NCBI GenBank assembly: GCA_951406725.2
Contig: OX597823.1
Location: 37,634,001 to 37,698,000, forward strand
Origin: Octopus vulgaris
Lineage: Eukaryota
Direction: 5' to 3'
DNA length: 64,000 nt
The position numbers and the translations under genes are program-made. The notes below the pieces were generated by a model that was not told where the DNA came from, did not search any database, and saw nothing but the letters and a program-made list of their open reading frames with translations. Positions 25,461 to 37,489 of the stretch are shown piece by piece. Numbering within the stretch: position 1 is the first letter of the stretch; every line of letters begins with the position of its first letter.

Positions 25461-25717
25461 GCCTGTATTTACAATGGTTATTTTATGAATGGCAGAAATG
25501 AAAATGAAAGAGCAAAACTAATCTGCTACATTTCAAGCTTCAATAGAATACCTGTTATCACTGGCACTGCAGTGATTGGGATAAAACAAGGGAAAAAGGT
25601 ATTAACTGACATGAGCAATAATCCTTATGTAGATGATGAAAGTAATAACAGAAGCAGCAACAACAAAAACAGCAGCATAACAGACCAGATATATTGGCGT
25701 TTCAGAAGAGGGAATGG

Positions 25718-26072
25718 ACTTGCTACATAACTGATGTGGCACGTCCATTTGATACAAGAATAAAAGAAAAAGAAATCAACAAGGTAGATACATACCAGGA
25801 CCTGAAGACAGAGATAAGCACATAACAGGGTTGCAGAAAAAGTAAAGTCATACCAAATGTCACTGGAGCCTTAAAAATGATGAGGAAGAGGCTCAAGGAG
25901 TGAACAGAAAAGATTGTCTTGCAGAAGCTCGCAGAATACATGCAACTAGCCTGCTTGTTAGGAATGGCGAAGATCATTCAAAAGTTCTTGGTGGCTGAGG
26001 TCACAGGTGGTTACTCGTTATTCAAGAGTAACTCTCCCTAATTCATACAGGTGAGATACAATAACAACAACA
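25718..26072 (+). mobile_element. Second R4/Dong-like endonuclease-domain fragment
   Basis: CYITDVARPFDTRIKEKEINKVDTYQDLKTEI..KVIPNVTGAL..MQLACLLGMAKIIQKVL; AAC/AAT tail. Confidence 0.7.
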
Positions 26073-26074
26073 AT

Positions 26075-26480
26075 CCTTTCTATGATAGGTACAAAGCCTG
26101 AAATGACGTGGGAGAGGAATCTAGCTCATTACATCAACCCTTGTGAATAACTGGTATTTTATCGACCCCAATGGAATTTGAACTCAAAATATAAAGACAA
26201 ACAAATTGCAGCAAAGCATTTTATCTGGCGTGCTAACACTTTTGTCAGCTTGCCACCTTAATAATAATAATGGTTTCAAATTTTGGCACAAGACCAGCAA
26301 TTCTAGAGGAGGGAGCAAGTTGATTACATTGACCCCAGTCAAGTACTAGTACTTATTTTATCGACTCTGAAAGGATGAAAAGCCAAGTTGAACTTGGTGG
26401 AACTTGAACTCGGAACATACAGGCAAATGAAATGTCATTAAGCATTTTGCCTGCTGTGCTAACAATTCTGCCATTTTGAA
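26075..26480 (-). mobile_element. Two adjacent family 1 SINEs
   Basis: Two successive matches (about 26075-26260 and 26272-26480) separated by TAA repeats. Confidence 0.75.
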
Positions 26481-26699
26481 TCCTTTCTATTGGCACAAGG
26501 TCTAAAGTTTTGCAGTTTAGTAGCACATAATGTGGAGATCAAATTAAGCAAGATAAGGGAGGAATTCAGTTTTGGAAGAGACACAGTTTATTTAGTTATA
26601 ATTTCTTAGACTAAGATTCTAAATTTTTCTGAAGATTTAATATATTGTAGTTAACCTATCAGCTACATTAGACAGTCACCATTGTCATTTCTACTCCTT

Positions 26700-27360
26700 G
26701 TTTAGATTTTGACTTCTTCAGTTTTCTTGTCACAGAAGCTGCCTAGTACTGCTGCTCAAGTGTGTAAAAAGTTGTTCTGTACCTCTCTAACTCAAAAGAA
26801 TAACTGCTGTAGAGAAGTAAAACTGCCAGCTGTTGGCCAGAAATTACCAATTTATGTTATTGATCGTTATAATAAGAAGACGGTTTTCATAAAAATGAAA
26901 CATGACCATCACAGATCAGTTATTTTGATACTGTCTTCCACTAGTCATTGGTCAGAGCAGAATTTTCCATTAAATAAAAAGGATCCAATGAACCATGTTC
27001 AAGTCGTTTATATTAATAGCAAAATGGAGGTTTTGCTGCTTTTGCTGCTGGCAAGATTTCAGTATTTGTTAGCCAGTATCAGTTGGCAATGCTCCACTTC
27101 CTTCACTGGTCAAACAGAATCACCAACATTCATCTATGAGACCAACTGGACAAACTACTTTAAGCTCCACTTCAAAACAGCAAGAATATTAGCATGTTGT
27201 GATGTTTCTAATATGATTTCAATTTTAAATTTTTGTCTCATAGCAGTAGCAGTGGATTATTTTCATTTTTACACCACTACATGCTGTTATACTTTCTTCA
27301 CTTTAAAAATTTCTAAATTAAATCTGTGGTTGCAATCTTTATTGTGCCGTTTCTCCATTG
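26700..27360 (-). pseudogene. Highly decayed Tc1/IS630-like transposase relic
   Basis: Across frameshifts, minus frames give KNENNP..AMRQKFK and a downstream segment ending NFW. This loosely resembles the HTH and WSDE..F...N..FW regions. Confidence 0.3.
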
Positions 27361-27394
27361 TAAACCCTACTGGAAGTCAATGCAGATGTAACTA

Positions 27395-28034
27395 CAAGGA
27401 GAAGTCAAAAGTTATTCCCACTTCGGCTATAACATATCTTTATTATTGTCACACTGCCTTCTGCACATGCATGCTTATAGTTGGTAGTATTGTGGTCATG
27501 CGATTGAAGTTTGAGCCTGATCACACCATTTTTGTTTCTGGCTTTACATGGCCACTCCACTAGCAATGTGCACCAAAGAACAAAGAGCAGTGATCCAATT
27601 TCTCAGGTTGGAAGGTGTGTCAGGTACTGAAATTCATTGGAGGCTTTTAGCATAATACGGGGACAATGAACTACCATATAGAAGTGTGTATGAGTGGATT
27701 GAGAAGTTTAAAAGTGGCCAGACAAACATGATGCATGACGAGGGAGCAAGACGCCCATTAACCTCCACCACTGACGAGAAGATGCAGCAAGCTCGAGAGA
27801 TAGAACCATTACCATCTCTTGGATCACTGCTCATTGTTCTTCTTTGGCACACATTGCTAGTAGAGCGACCATGCTTACACTGTAACGCCAGAAAGAAAAA
27901 TAGTGCAATCAGGCTCAAACTTCAATCACACGGCCACCATAGTACCAACTATACACACGCATATGCAAAAGGCAGTATAACAATAACAAAGATATGTTAT
28001 GGCAAAAGTATGGATAATTTTTAACTTCCCCTCG
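27395..28034 (+). mobile_element. Fold-back mariner derivative with inverted arms of about 200 bp
   Basis: TA|CAAGGAGAAGTCAAAAGTTATTCC ... GGATAATTTTTAACTTCCCCTCG|TA. 27395-27598 mirrors 27820-28034. The middle encodes MCTKEQRAVIQFL...SVYEWIEKFKSGQT...RRPLTSTTDEK. Confidence 0.9.
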
Positions 28035-28354
28035 TACTACACAATTTTTATGTCATTATCTTTGCAGTGGGTTTACTTTTGGTGAGACACCTGGGATGTT
28101 GTGGTGTTATTACTGAACAGGGTTCTGAAATTAAGTGGACCAAGTGTTTGGTTGAGAAGATATAAGCTATCTGGTTAATATATCAAAACAGTATAAATGA
28201 GTAATGATCTACAATTGTTCAGGGAAATAGTGCTCAATATGCAAATTGCAAGCATTTGCAGTGTGTGGGAATCCTTTTATGCCTGCCTTCCATGATGGCA
28301 GGAGTTGGATGCTTTGACAAGATACAAGTCAGAGGACCTTGTCTTGCTTTTGGA

Positions 28355-28563
28355 GTACTCTGTTGAATGTGATATTTATTTATTCATATTGTTTTGAGTT
28401 ACTCATGCATTATCTAGTAGCTTCAAGATTTTGATGATATGATTGTTTATATTTTAGAATGGCACTATAGGATTGGCGTCAGAGACCAGATCTTGCCATT
28501 TTGAACATAAAACAGGTAGAATATTTTGGCCAGATTTGGACAGTTTAAATGCTAAAGGGTTAA
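28355..28563 (+). mobile_element. TTAA MITE, family B
   Basis: Ends TTTAAATGCTAAAGGGTTAA; homologous to 12564-12759. Confidence 0.75.
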
Positions 28564-28918
28564 GTATTTCAGTTTCCGCATGGTTTCTGAAGTTGCATGC
28601 CCTTCTAACATTATATATATACATACATACATACATATATATAAAATCTGTTTTTACATCTAAATCTACTCAAAAGACTGAGGCTAAAGCAGAAGATGCT
28701 TACCCAGACAAAACTAAGTAGTAGGGAAGCATGCATGTTGCATGGGTGGGTGGATGAATAATATTATCAAGTGGTAATAATAAAGTGTGAAGTACTTGTT
28801 CTATTCTAGAGAATATTATGGGTAATCTATTCAACACAGCCAATAATGCTTCACTGAATGTGAAGGTCACTGTTTAAGAAGTTTAAGGAGAGTCAATAAA
28901 ATTATGGAAGTTGGTAAC

Positions 28919-28965
<47 letters not shown>

Positions 28966-30234
28966 CATAAAATGCCACACATAACAATAATACAAAAAAT
29001 AAGTTGTTCTAAGTAATAAACTGGTGCTGAATTCAGAATACAAGACTCAATACTGCTTTACAGGAAAAAGAAGTTGAAATCAATGATTCTCAATATCACA
29101 GTTCATCAATAATAATTGATATCATAAAAGATTTGTATCCTCCTCAAGCGTTAGATAAAAGATGAAAAAATCTAAAAGGATTGGCAGTGTCCTTTTCATT
29201 AGAGAAATAAAGATATTTTTTTTCATTGATGTTTTCCTAGTCTCTCTCCCTACCTCTCTGGATGTCTGTGAATCTATAAACTTCCAGAATTAGAATGAAA
29301 AAAAAATAACTATAGTATTCTTGTAACATTTTTTCTTCAATGAACAAGCCTTTCTACAGTATAAATATTTTAGCAAGAAGTCACTTGTGTAAGTTTTAAA
29401 ATAGAGTATAAACAGCATAATTTATTCTTTATAAAGAACAAACAATAACTATATTGTATTTGTTGATGAAGAGAAGAAATTCAACAGGTTTTTTTAACAG
29501 GGAAATGAAGTCATAAACGAGAAAGCTATAATTAAACTTTGTAATTAAAAATTAGTTCTAAGTTTAGAAAACTTTAATATAGGTGAGTTTCTGTGAAAGC
29601 TTAATCCTTGACTAAACTGTTCTGTCTCCATCCTCACTGGTTTAAATGTAGCTACATTCAAATTTGGAAAGGAAGGCTTCAGTTATAAGTGAGCAGCTGA
29701 GTTGGAGGTAATAACTGGCAAATGGCAAATAAGCATTAAAGAAATGGCCTTGTTTGATGTAATTGGTAACTCTCTATCATGTAAGTCAGTACAAAACAAT
29801 ATAGTAAAAAAAAAAAAAAGCATGAAATAAGGAACCAGGATTTTATGTATACTAAGTGCAATGAAAGCTTTTGCTTTCTGAGACTAAACCTTTTTCACTG
29901 AAGTTTTCACATTTCATATTGATACTGAACAATATCAATCATAATAATGGTACTGGATTTTCATTAAAAAGAGATAAGTAGCAGCTGTCATGGTAAACTT
30001 AAGGCATCACACTTAGATGTGAACATGTAGACATCTTGATGTACAGATATCATTTGTAAAGGACCAATATCTGTATGATGAGTAGATTTGTATAGTATGT
30101 GTGTAGGTGTATAGCATGTGAGTGTTCTTGAACAGTGTATGTATATGTAGAGTATGAGAGTTTGTATAGAATATGTGTGTGTATATGTGTGTGAATGTGT
30201 ATTCAAGAAGACCTATCTGTCACAGCAGAATTGA

Positions 30235-30422
30235 TACCGACGCTGTTGCCACATAAAAGTACCCCCAACACTCTGTAAAGGAGTTGGCATTAGGAAGGGC
30301 ATCCAGCCATAGAAACTATACTAGAACAGACAATGGAGCCTGGTGTGGCCCCTGGCCTTACCAGCTCCAGTCAAACCATCCAACCCATGCCAGCATGGAA
30401 AATGGACATTAAATGATGGTGG
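30235..30422 (+). mobile_element. RTE-type 3' tail
   Basis: GTTGGCATTAGGAAGGGCATCCAGCCATAGAAAC...CAACCCATGCCAGCATGGAAAATGGACATTAAATGATG. Confidence 0.8.
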
Positions 30423-30943
30423 TGTATGTATATGTGTATACATATCTTGTTCAGTTGGTGTTTAGGGCCCCATACTACATGCAACAGCAAGTTTGTGTTG
30501 GTTCACAGTTGTAGCTACCTAAATATTTGAAGATAGGGAATTACGAAACAAGTTAGGTTGACTGAACAAATAAGAAAGAAAGACACAAATTGAGTGAGAA
30601 GTGGAGAAGATCAGGTATAGAATTAACAGCACATGAGTCACCTGAACTGGAGATCTTTATAATCAGTAAGGTGTGGGAGTGGAGTGGAGGAGACTGCAAG
30701 AATATAAACGGATATCAGTTGAATAACTGAAAATAAAGGATTAATAAAGTGAAGTAAGTGGTTTAACAGCTCCAACTTTAGATGAGTCAACAGTATAAAA
30801 TTGGAGAGTTCAAAATTTGGTAACAGCAGTTTCAATTCAATGAGAAAAAAAAAAAGAAACTTAAACAAAACAAAAGAGAAAAAAATGAAAGAAAAATTCT
30901 AAGTATCCATACAAATTATTCATTAACAAAATTCTACTCTCAA

Positions 30944-30987
<44 letters not shown>

Positions 30988-31569
30988 CCTGAGAATATAT
31001 GCTTGAAATTGCAAGGAATAAACCAGACATCAAATAATGTTTTCCGCAGACAAAACTCCATTGATTCTAGCATCTAATGTTTCCATAGCTGCATTAATGC
31101 TATGGAATGTAAAGTAATGACTCAGCAGACAAGAGGACAGAGTTCCATTATAGAAGTGAAGTATGCTTCCATATAACAACAACTAGTTGGCCTGCCTGGC
31201 TGCTTGCAAACTGGATGGCTACCAGCATAATGCTGCTAACCCATGGCAACAGTGAGGTTGTCAAAGTGATTTCAGAATCTAGAGCCTATCAAAACATTCA
31301 TCATCATCATGGCTACAATAGTACTTTGTCATTGATATCTAATATTAATATAAGCAGGATTTTAAAATTATCAAAATAAGACTAACAATATAAAAATCTT
31401 GTTTATTTTCGATAATTAAAATTTGAAAACTATTAATTTTCCTAACTATATTTTACATCTAAAATCATTTAACCATATGTTTGGAATCCTAAGATAATTT
31501 AGAAGGAAATGAAAGTAGTGACATTCATTTCTTTTCTGAAGCTGCATAAATAAAATGAAATAATTCCAT

Positions 31570-31900
31570 TATCATCATCATTTAATGTCCGTTTTCCACG
31601 TTGGCATGAGTGGAATGGTTTGTCAAGATCCAACAAGTGAGAGGACTGCATCAAGCTTGTGTCAGCTTTAGCATGGTTTCTGCTGATGGATGTCACTGGG
31701 TGCTTTTTGTGTGTGTGTGTGTGTGAGACCAGCACCAGTGAGGTTGCCATGAAATTTACTAAGCAAGAAAAAAAAGCTCTCTTAGCTGAGAGGAGTGTAT
31801 TTGAGAGAGGTAGGGAGGTGGCATTCTGCCAAGTGTATGATAGAGAGACAAACACAGGTGTCTTTCTAAAGAGATGATACATGGCTGTGAGCTCTACAAT
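31570..31900 (-). mobile_element. Decayed RTE-tailed element
   Basis: CATCATCATTTAATGTCCGTTTTCCA is the reverse complement of the tail; shares GAGACCAGCAC with 2236. Confidence 0.55.
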
Positions 31901-32179
31901 AGATATTCCATACAAATTGATGAGGAGAATGAAAAGTAGTGTCATCTCTCTTCAGTTCTTTTGAGTAGGTATAATGTAAAGCTATTGTTATTTAGAGAAT
32001 TAACCATCAATGGAACTAACCCTAGAGGGATGAAAAGCAAATCAGGTGAAGTGCAAAGTATGTGAATAAAACTTACAGTGGTATTTAACTTATTGTCTGC
32101 CATGTCTACCAACTGCTTCAGATGAAATTTATCAATAACTTAGAATAGTAGAGTATTTGACCCTTATCAAATTGAAATT

Positions 32180-32390
32180 AAATCTTTTTGATACCATCAT
32201 ACTTGAGAATTCCCCTGGATCTGAGACCAACATCTCATTCTAAAGTGATCTAATTTAAAACCTTCCATCAAAATTACATGTTAATTTGTTCCAAACACCA
32301 ACTTAATGATAATGTTTACTTTACTAAATTTTTCATTATCTTCAAAATTAATTGAAACAATGTATTTCAACAGTAATGTAGTAACAAAAT
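32180..32390 (+). mobile_element. TTAA MITE, family A
   Basis: Internal homology to 6655-6840 and 12155-12358. Confidence 0.7.
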
Positions 32391-35300
32391 TTATTATCAG
32401 GCCATGCTTTTTTTTTTTTTTTTGGTTGCTGAAGACACATTCCTGGAAGGACTGTGTCTTTAAACTGGAAAAAAGACACCACAAAATACATTTTTACTAA
32501 TATAACTCGGTATTTCTATTATTTCATTCACCATTCCCACTAACATAACTTGGTGTACTACTGTTTCATTTACCATTTCCACGAATGGTGATAATCAATA
32601 TTAAAAGAAAATCGAAGAGCTCAATACACAAAAATTAAATCACTAAGAAATATTTTCAATTTATTTTTTCAAATCTCAGTTTAATCTTCATTTAAGAAAA
32701 CAATTTTTTAAAATAATGTTGAAATAATGAAAGGGTGGGATATTGAGAGCATAATCTGAAGTTAAAGGTATTTAATTGAAAACACCACAGGAAATTAACT
32801 TCCCCAGGCCTTCTTGCAATGAAACTATTTTATATGATTTTATTTCATTGTTCCTGTCTTCTAATGATTAGAAGAACTCAGTAAGCATTGCTTTAATAAT
32901 AACACATCAAGAGTAACAGATGGAGAATGGAGCAGCAACAAGAGAAGAAGGAAGATTTTGATATGTGAGGAACAGGTCAGACATACTATGTTAAATAGAT
33001 AGTGGGCCATTCCACAGTATTTTGTTCACACAAAAATCAAAATTAAAGTTTATTTATTTGAAAAAAAATTTCTTATTAATTTTTTGCATAAAAGTCATAG
33101 TTTGTGTAAAAACGAAAAATGATTGTCGGTCTACTGTTGCTTATGCATAAATTATCATAATTTTTTTGCTAGACAGAAATAGTAAAAAACTGGTTAAAAG
33201 TACTGGGACATGGACTCCTCAAGGAAACAAATATTCAGTAATACTGAAAATTAAATCTGCTTCAGAGAAACAGTAGTGTTACTTGTCCAATAAATGCTTT
33301 TTCTCTCCGCAACATTTTATGGTCTTGTTAGTTCTCACACAAATAGCTATTTCAGAATTTGCATTTCAGAACCTCTGTTTTTAGGCCACAGCTATTCAAT
33401 AATGTTTTCAAAATGGCCAGATGTTTTTTTGTTCTGCCCAAAGTACATAAGTATTTTTTTGTTGTGGAGGGGAAGTCTGTTGCAGAAAAAGTGTGAAGTC
33501 CTACTGTAAACAGCCTGTAATCTTGAGCAGATACATTGTGTAGAAAGAGAATGTCCAAAATGTGGAGCTACTGAGCCAGTAGATGAAGTGTTTGCTGATG
33601 CTAATGAAGATTCCATTATCCAATCACAATAGGCAAGCCACAACGAACACCGAGTATGGACATGAACCACATAGAATTTCCTTGTGTCTGTGGACGGAAG
33701 TTCTTGACTATGTGAGGTATGAAGATCCACAGAACAAAAAAGGGATGCATGAATACTCATATGTGCGAACAGCAGCGCTCTGCTTCGGCGGATAAGACGT
33801 AGGAAGACCAAGGCCAGGAAGAAAACCACAGTGCCACAGACATCTACGCTCTCACTTCAGATGAGGAGTTAGTACAGGCCCTCGATGCCAAGCACAAGAA
33901 GCTAAGCCTACTACTGGCTAATGCCAAAGATCAATGGGAGGAGCTAGACAAACAACTTGTCACAGAACTTGAAGCCTTGATAAGGAAAAGTACTCTGGAA
34001 CACAAACTAGCCACATATGGAGATGTAGTGTACACAACCTGCAGAGACATCCTTGGTGGTAAAAAAGCCAAAAGAGAAGAAGCCACTTCATAAATCCAGA
34101 CGACAGGACATGATGGAGTACATTAGGATTCAGAGGAATAACCTCCAGAAACAACTAAAGATTGCCTCTGATACTGAGCGGCATGGACTGCATGAACTCT
34201 GGCAAGATTTGAAAACCAAACACAGCGCCCTTAGTAAAGCGGAAACTGTGAAGAAAAAGGGTAAGTGAAAAAAAACCGCATAACTGCTGCTTCTAATTCA
34301 CTACAGCTCTATTTGAGCAGCCAAAGTCTGGAACACTGACTGTTGATAAAGATGTGCTTGAACAGCATCTCAAAGAAACATACTCACAGCCCCAGAAAGA
34401 CACCCTGCTTAACATCCCAGGCCTAGTTGAACCTAGCAGACCAACAACAGCATTCAATGACAAGCCACCCACGTTGAAGGAGATGAGGAAGGTGGTTGAG
34501 AAAGCCAGAACCAAGTCCGTGCTGAGGCCAAACAGAATATCGTACCTTCTGTACATGAAATGATCAAAGGCAGGAAGTGGAAGGTGATGGAAGCTGTAGA
34601 GGTAGCTAAGGAGAGCCTAAGGATGAGAAAGATCATTGGGCACACTCAGACCAACAGACAAGGCCTAGGATCCTCTAAAATGGAATGGTGGTCCAAGACC
34701 AAAGGAAAAGCAAAGAGAGACTTGGTGATCCAAGAGATCAGGGAAGACGAATACAAAGGAAGGCTCCAGAAGGCATTGCAATAAAGTCAGCAGGGACAAT
34801 GGACAACATGGGAAAGTGCTCTTCAAAGAAGCCTGAGCTGGAAAGATCTCTGGCACATGGCTCCACTCAGGATCAGCTTCATTCTCAGATCAGTGTATGA
34901 CCTCCAACCCTTAAATGCCAACTTAGTAAAATGGGGAAAATCTGAGGATCCCTACTGTCCACTCTGCAACAGAAGACAGACAGTGGAGTACATTCTCAGC
35001 TCTTGCAAAGCAGCCCTCACTCAAAGGAGATACACTTGGAGGCACAACCTAGTGCTGAAAGAGCTTGCTGAAGCGGTCAAATTCAATACGACCAAGAGCA
35101 AAAGATGATGCACAGAACCTGAGGCATGGTTCCATGCGGCAGGATGCAAGAAAACTTGGCCAACTACAAGCATCCTATGCAGATCCTGCAGACAAGGCCT
35201 GCTGTATGAAGCAGGTGATTGGGAGTGCGCTGCAGATCTCCCAGAGTGGAACAACTACCCAGAAGTCATCAAGAAGACTGGCTCAAGACCCAACATAGTG

Positions 35301-35631
35301 CTCCACTCCCAGAATGCCAAGGAGATCCTCCTGATCGAACTCACTGTGCCTTATGAAACCAGGAGTGAAGATGCCCATGTCTATAAGACAGAAAAGTACG
35401 CTGACTTGGCCAGAGACCTGAGGGACGCTGGATTCAAAACCAAAGTCTCCGCAGTCGAGGTTGGTGTCAAGGAATTTGTAGGCTCATCTGCCTACAGCCT
35501 CATGAAACAACTGTCCATCTCTGGAAGAAGCAGAACTAGAACCTTGAAGGCCATGGGAGAAGTGGCAGAGAAGGCCTCAAGTTGGATCTGGTTGAGGAGG
35601 AATAAAGGCCAACTTCGTCCCAATTCAAGCG

Positions 35632-35855
35632 AGTGCCAGATTGGCGTAGTCATGTAGGCCTGCACCTGTGGAGCCAGTAATCCTGGTTCGAATCCCGCTG
35701 GGACCATGAGAAAAAAGAACCCTCATACCTGAGTCATCCGAGTGCTCGCGAGTGCACCCAGCTGGAAATGGGTATTTAGCCCTTCTCAGGGCCACAGCAC
35801 ACATTACAGCAGTGCTAGAAACCAGAGAAACCAATCCCACCTAAGGCATACTAAA
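35632..35855 (+). mobile_element. tRNA-derived SINE of a different family, at the end of the Hero ORF
   Basis: A box TGGCGTAGTC, B box GGTTCGAATCC and acceptor-like stem GTGCCAG/CTGGGAC-CA, followed by a SINE-central-domain-like CACCCAGCTGGAAATGGGTA. Confidence 0.65.
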
Positions 35856-35859
35856 ACGG

Positions 35860-35979
35860 ACAGCAGGTAGACATCCAGGAGTCATGACTCGGATGTGGCC
35901 TGACCCCACAAGAGCGTCAGGAGTTAAGGGCTGAAACACTTACCTAAAGGGTGTTTCTCCTCTGAGGGCCACCTGCTGT
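35860..35979 (+). ncRNA. Candidate non-circularly permuted hammerhead-like ribozyme (degenerate copy)
   Basis: GAGCGTC (35912-18) pairs with GAAACACT (35933-40). AGGAG (35919-23) pairs with CTCCT (35957-61) directly before CTGAGGG. Outer stem ACAGCAGGT/ACCTGCTGT. Confidence 0.5.
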
Positions 35980-37415
35980 TATGCTCTCCCCGAGTTTCTT
36001 TCCACTCAGTGGGTGACTGGCAAAGATGAGTGAGTGAGAAAGCTGTTGCAAGAATGCACAATTGCTGAGGCAAAAGAAGATCTTGTGGAGCAACTACAGC
36101 CATTCAGCAAACATATTTACAACATTAAGCAGCAGTTTGCAGAATTCAAGTTCCAGAAAGAAAACCTGAAAACAAGTGAAGTAATCATTCAACAAAATTT
36201 TCCAGAAAGTTTTCAACTGAAGCACCAGAAAGAAGAGATGGCAGCTCACTGGTCCAGCGACATGGTCACTCTCTTCACTGTCGTGGCTTACTTTGCGCAG
36301 TTGTAAATTAAAGCATATTGTTGATACACTTGCAATATAAATGTTTAATTTATAACAAGTTATTAAAGTGGGCACATTTTCCTCTCCGCAACTGTATACT
36401 CTCCTACTCAAAAAACCTGAAAGAAAGGGATTTCTTTCTGTTATCATTTTGACAAACATTAAACATTATAATTCAGTATTCAATCAGTTTTTGTATATTG
36501 CTTCAAGATTCAAAGGGTTTTAAAAGTGAAATTAAAGCTTTAGAAAAAGGAAATTTTCTGTCCCCTCTGCAACGGCACATATTTTGTGTTCTGCAGTATC
36601 AGAAAACGGTAATATAAAAAAAAGTCACACAGTGGCACAGGTGACTTTGTAAAAACTAGAAGCTTCACTGCCCAAATGTAATTAGTGCTTAGTAAAAAGT
36701 GAACAATAACCACGGTTGAAAATATTGGTGACCCAGGGAAGGAACAGTGATTTATGGCTTAAAATATGTACAACTTGTTTTAAAGATGATAGAAAAATCA
36801 CTGAAGGAAGTTTGATGACTGTAGTAAGCAGACTGAGCAATAAGACATTTCACTGGCTCTGAAAAACACAAGAAGGCCAGTAGGCTAAAGTAAAAATATA
36901 GGAATCTGTAATGCAATGCAAAACTTTGAAAAATTCTTGTACAGTGGAAATTCTTTTTCTTTTCCCCCTCTTTGAGGGTTGGGTCCAAATCAATTACTTC
37001 TTGATTTGAATTATCTTAATTTTGATTTTAATATCCAAAATGAAATTGAATAAGTGAAGATGAAAAAAAAAAATACTGATTTCTTTTACCGACTATAAGG
37101 GCTGAGAAGTACGAGGGCAATACAAAGATAAAATACAAGCCTAAACAAAATTTGAATTGTATTGAGTTGAAAAAATCAGCAAAAAAAAAAGGTAAAAAAT
37201 GTTACTCATCAAGATGTGTGTGGAGACTATATACAGTAATTCTGAGGTAAACTACACACATGACTGAATTATTCTACCACATCCAAGACATCAGAAGTTC
37301 CCTCTCCCAATTTCTTTATTCCTACTTAGAAAAGCATACTAAGAGTAAACCCATTCAGTCTCATGAGACTTGCTACTCTCACCCACCTTTTCTTAAATTA
37401 TATTAAAAGTTAGTG

Positions 37416-37456
<41 letters not shown>

Positions 37457-37489
37457 TAGCACCTTTTTTTTTTCAAGTGGTACTTGAAG

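Larger units (their letters stand above)
33631..36005 (+). mobile_element. Hero-clade (R2-group) non-LTR retrotransposon with the RT domain deleted
   Basis: N-terminal finger FPCVCGRKF..GMKIHRTK, then GRKWKV..RQGLG, RISFILRSVYD, CPLC..YILSSC..YTWRHN and IELTVPYE..KYADL..VEVG. Jumps from KARTKS..LLYMK to GRKWK at about 34560. Stops and frameshifts present. Confidence 0.88.
33004..36950 (+). mobile_element. Decayed Sola2-like DNA transposon interrupted by a Hero LINE (ends approximate)
   Basis: Left piece: HCVERECPKCG...SIIQSQ. Right piece from 36007: QWVTGKDE*VRKLL...FSKHIYNIKQQF..KENLKTSEVIIQQNFPESF..HQKEEMAAHWSSDMVTLFTVVAY, resembling the DF.ENY..Q.E.Q..HW...VT block of Sola2-type transposases. 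Confidence 0.55.

Noticed and set aside
26709-27563. 284-aa plus-strand ORF
   Set aside because: No recognisable domain. It runs antisense to a probable transposase relic and crosses into the mariner arm, so it is likely chance.
35632-35706. Functional tRNA-His gene
   Set aside because: D arm and anticodon stem pair poorly, there is no T-run terminator, and SINE-like sequence follows.
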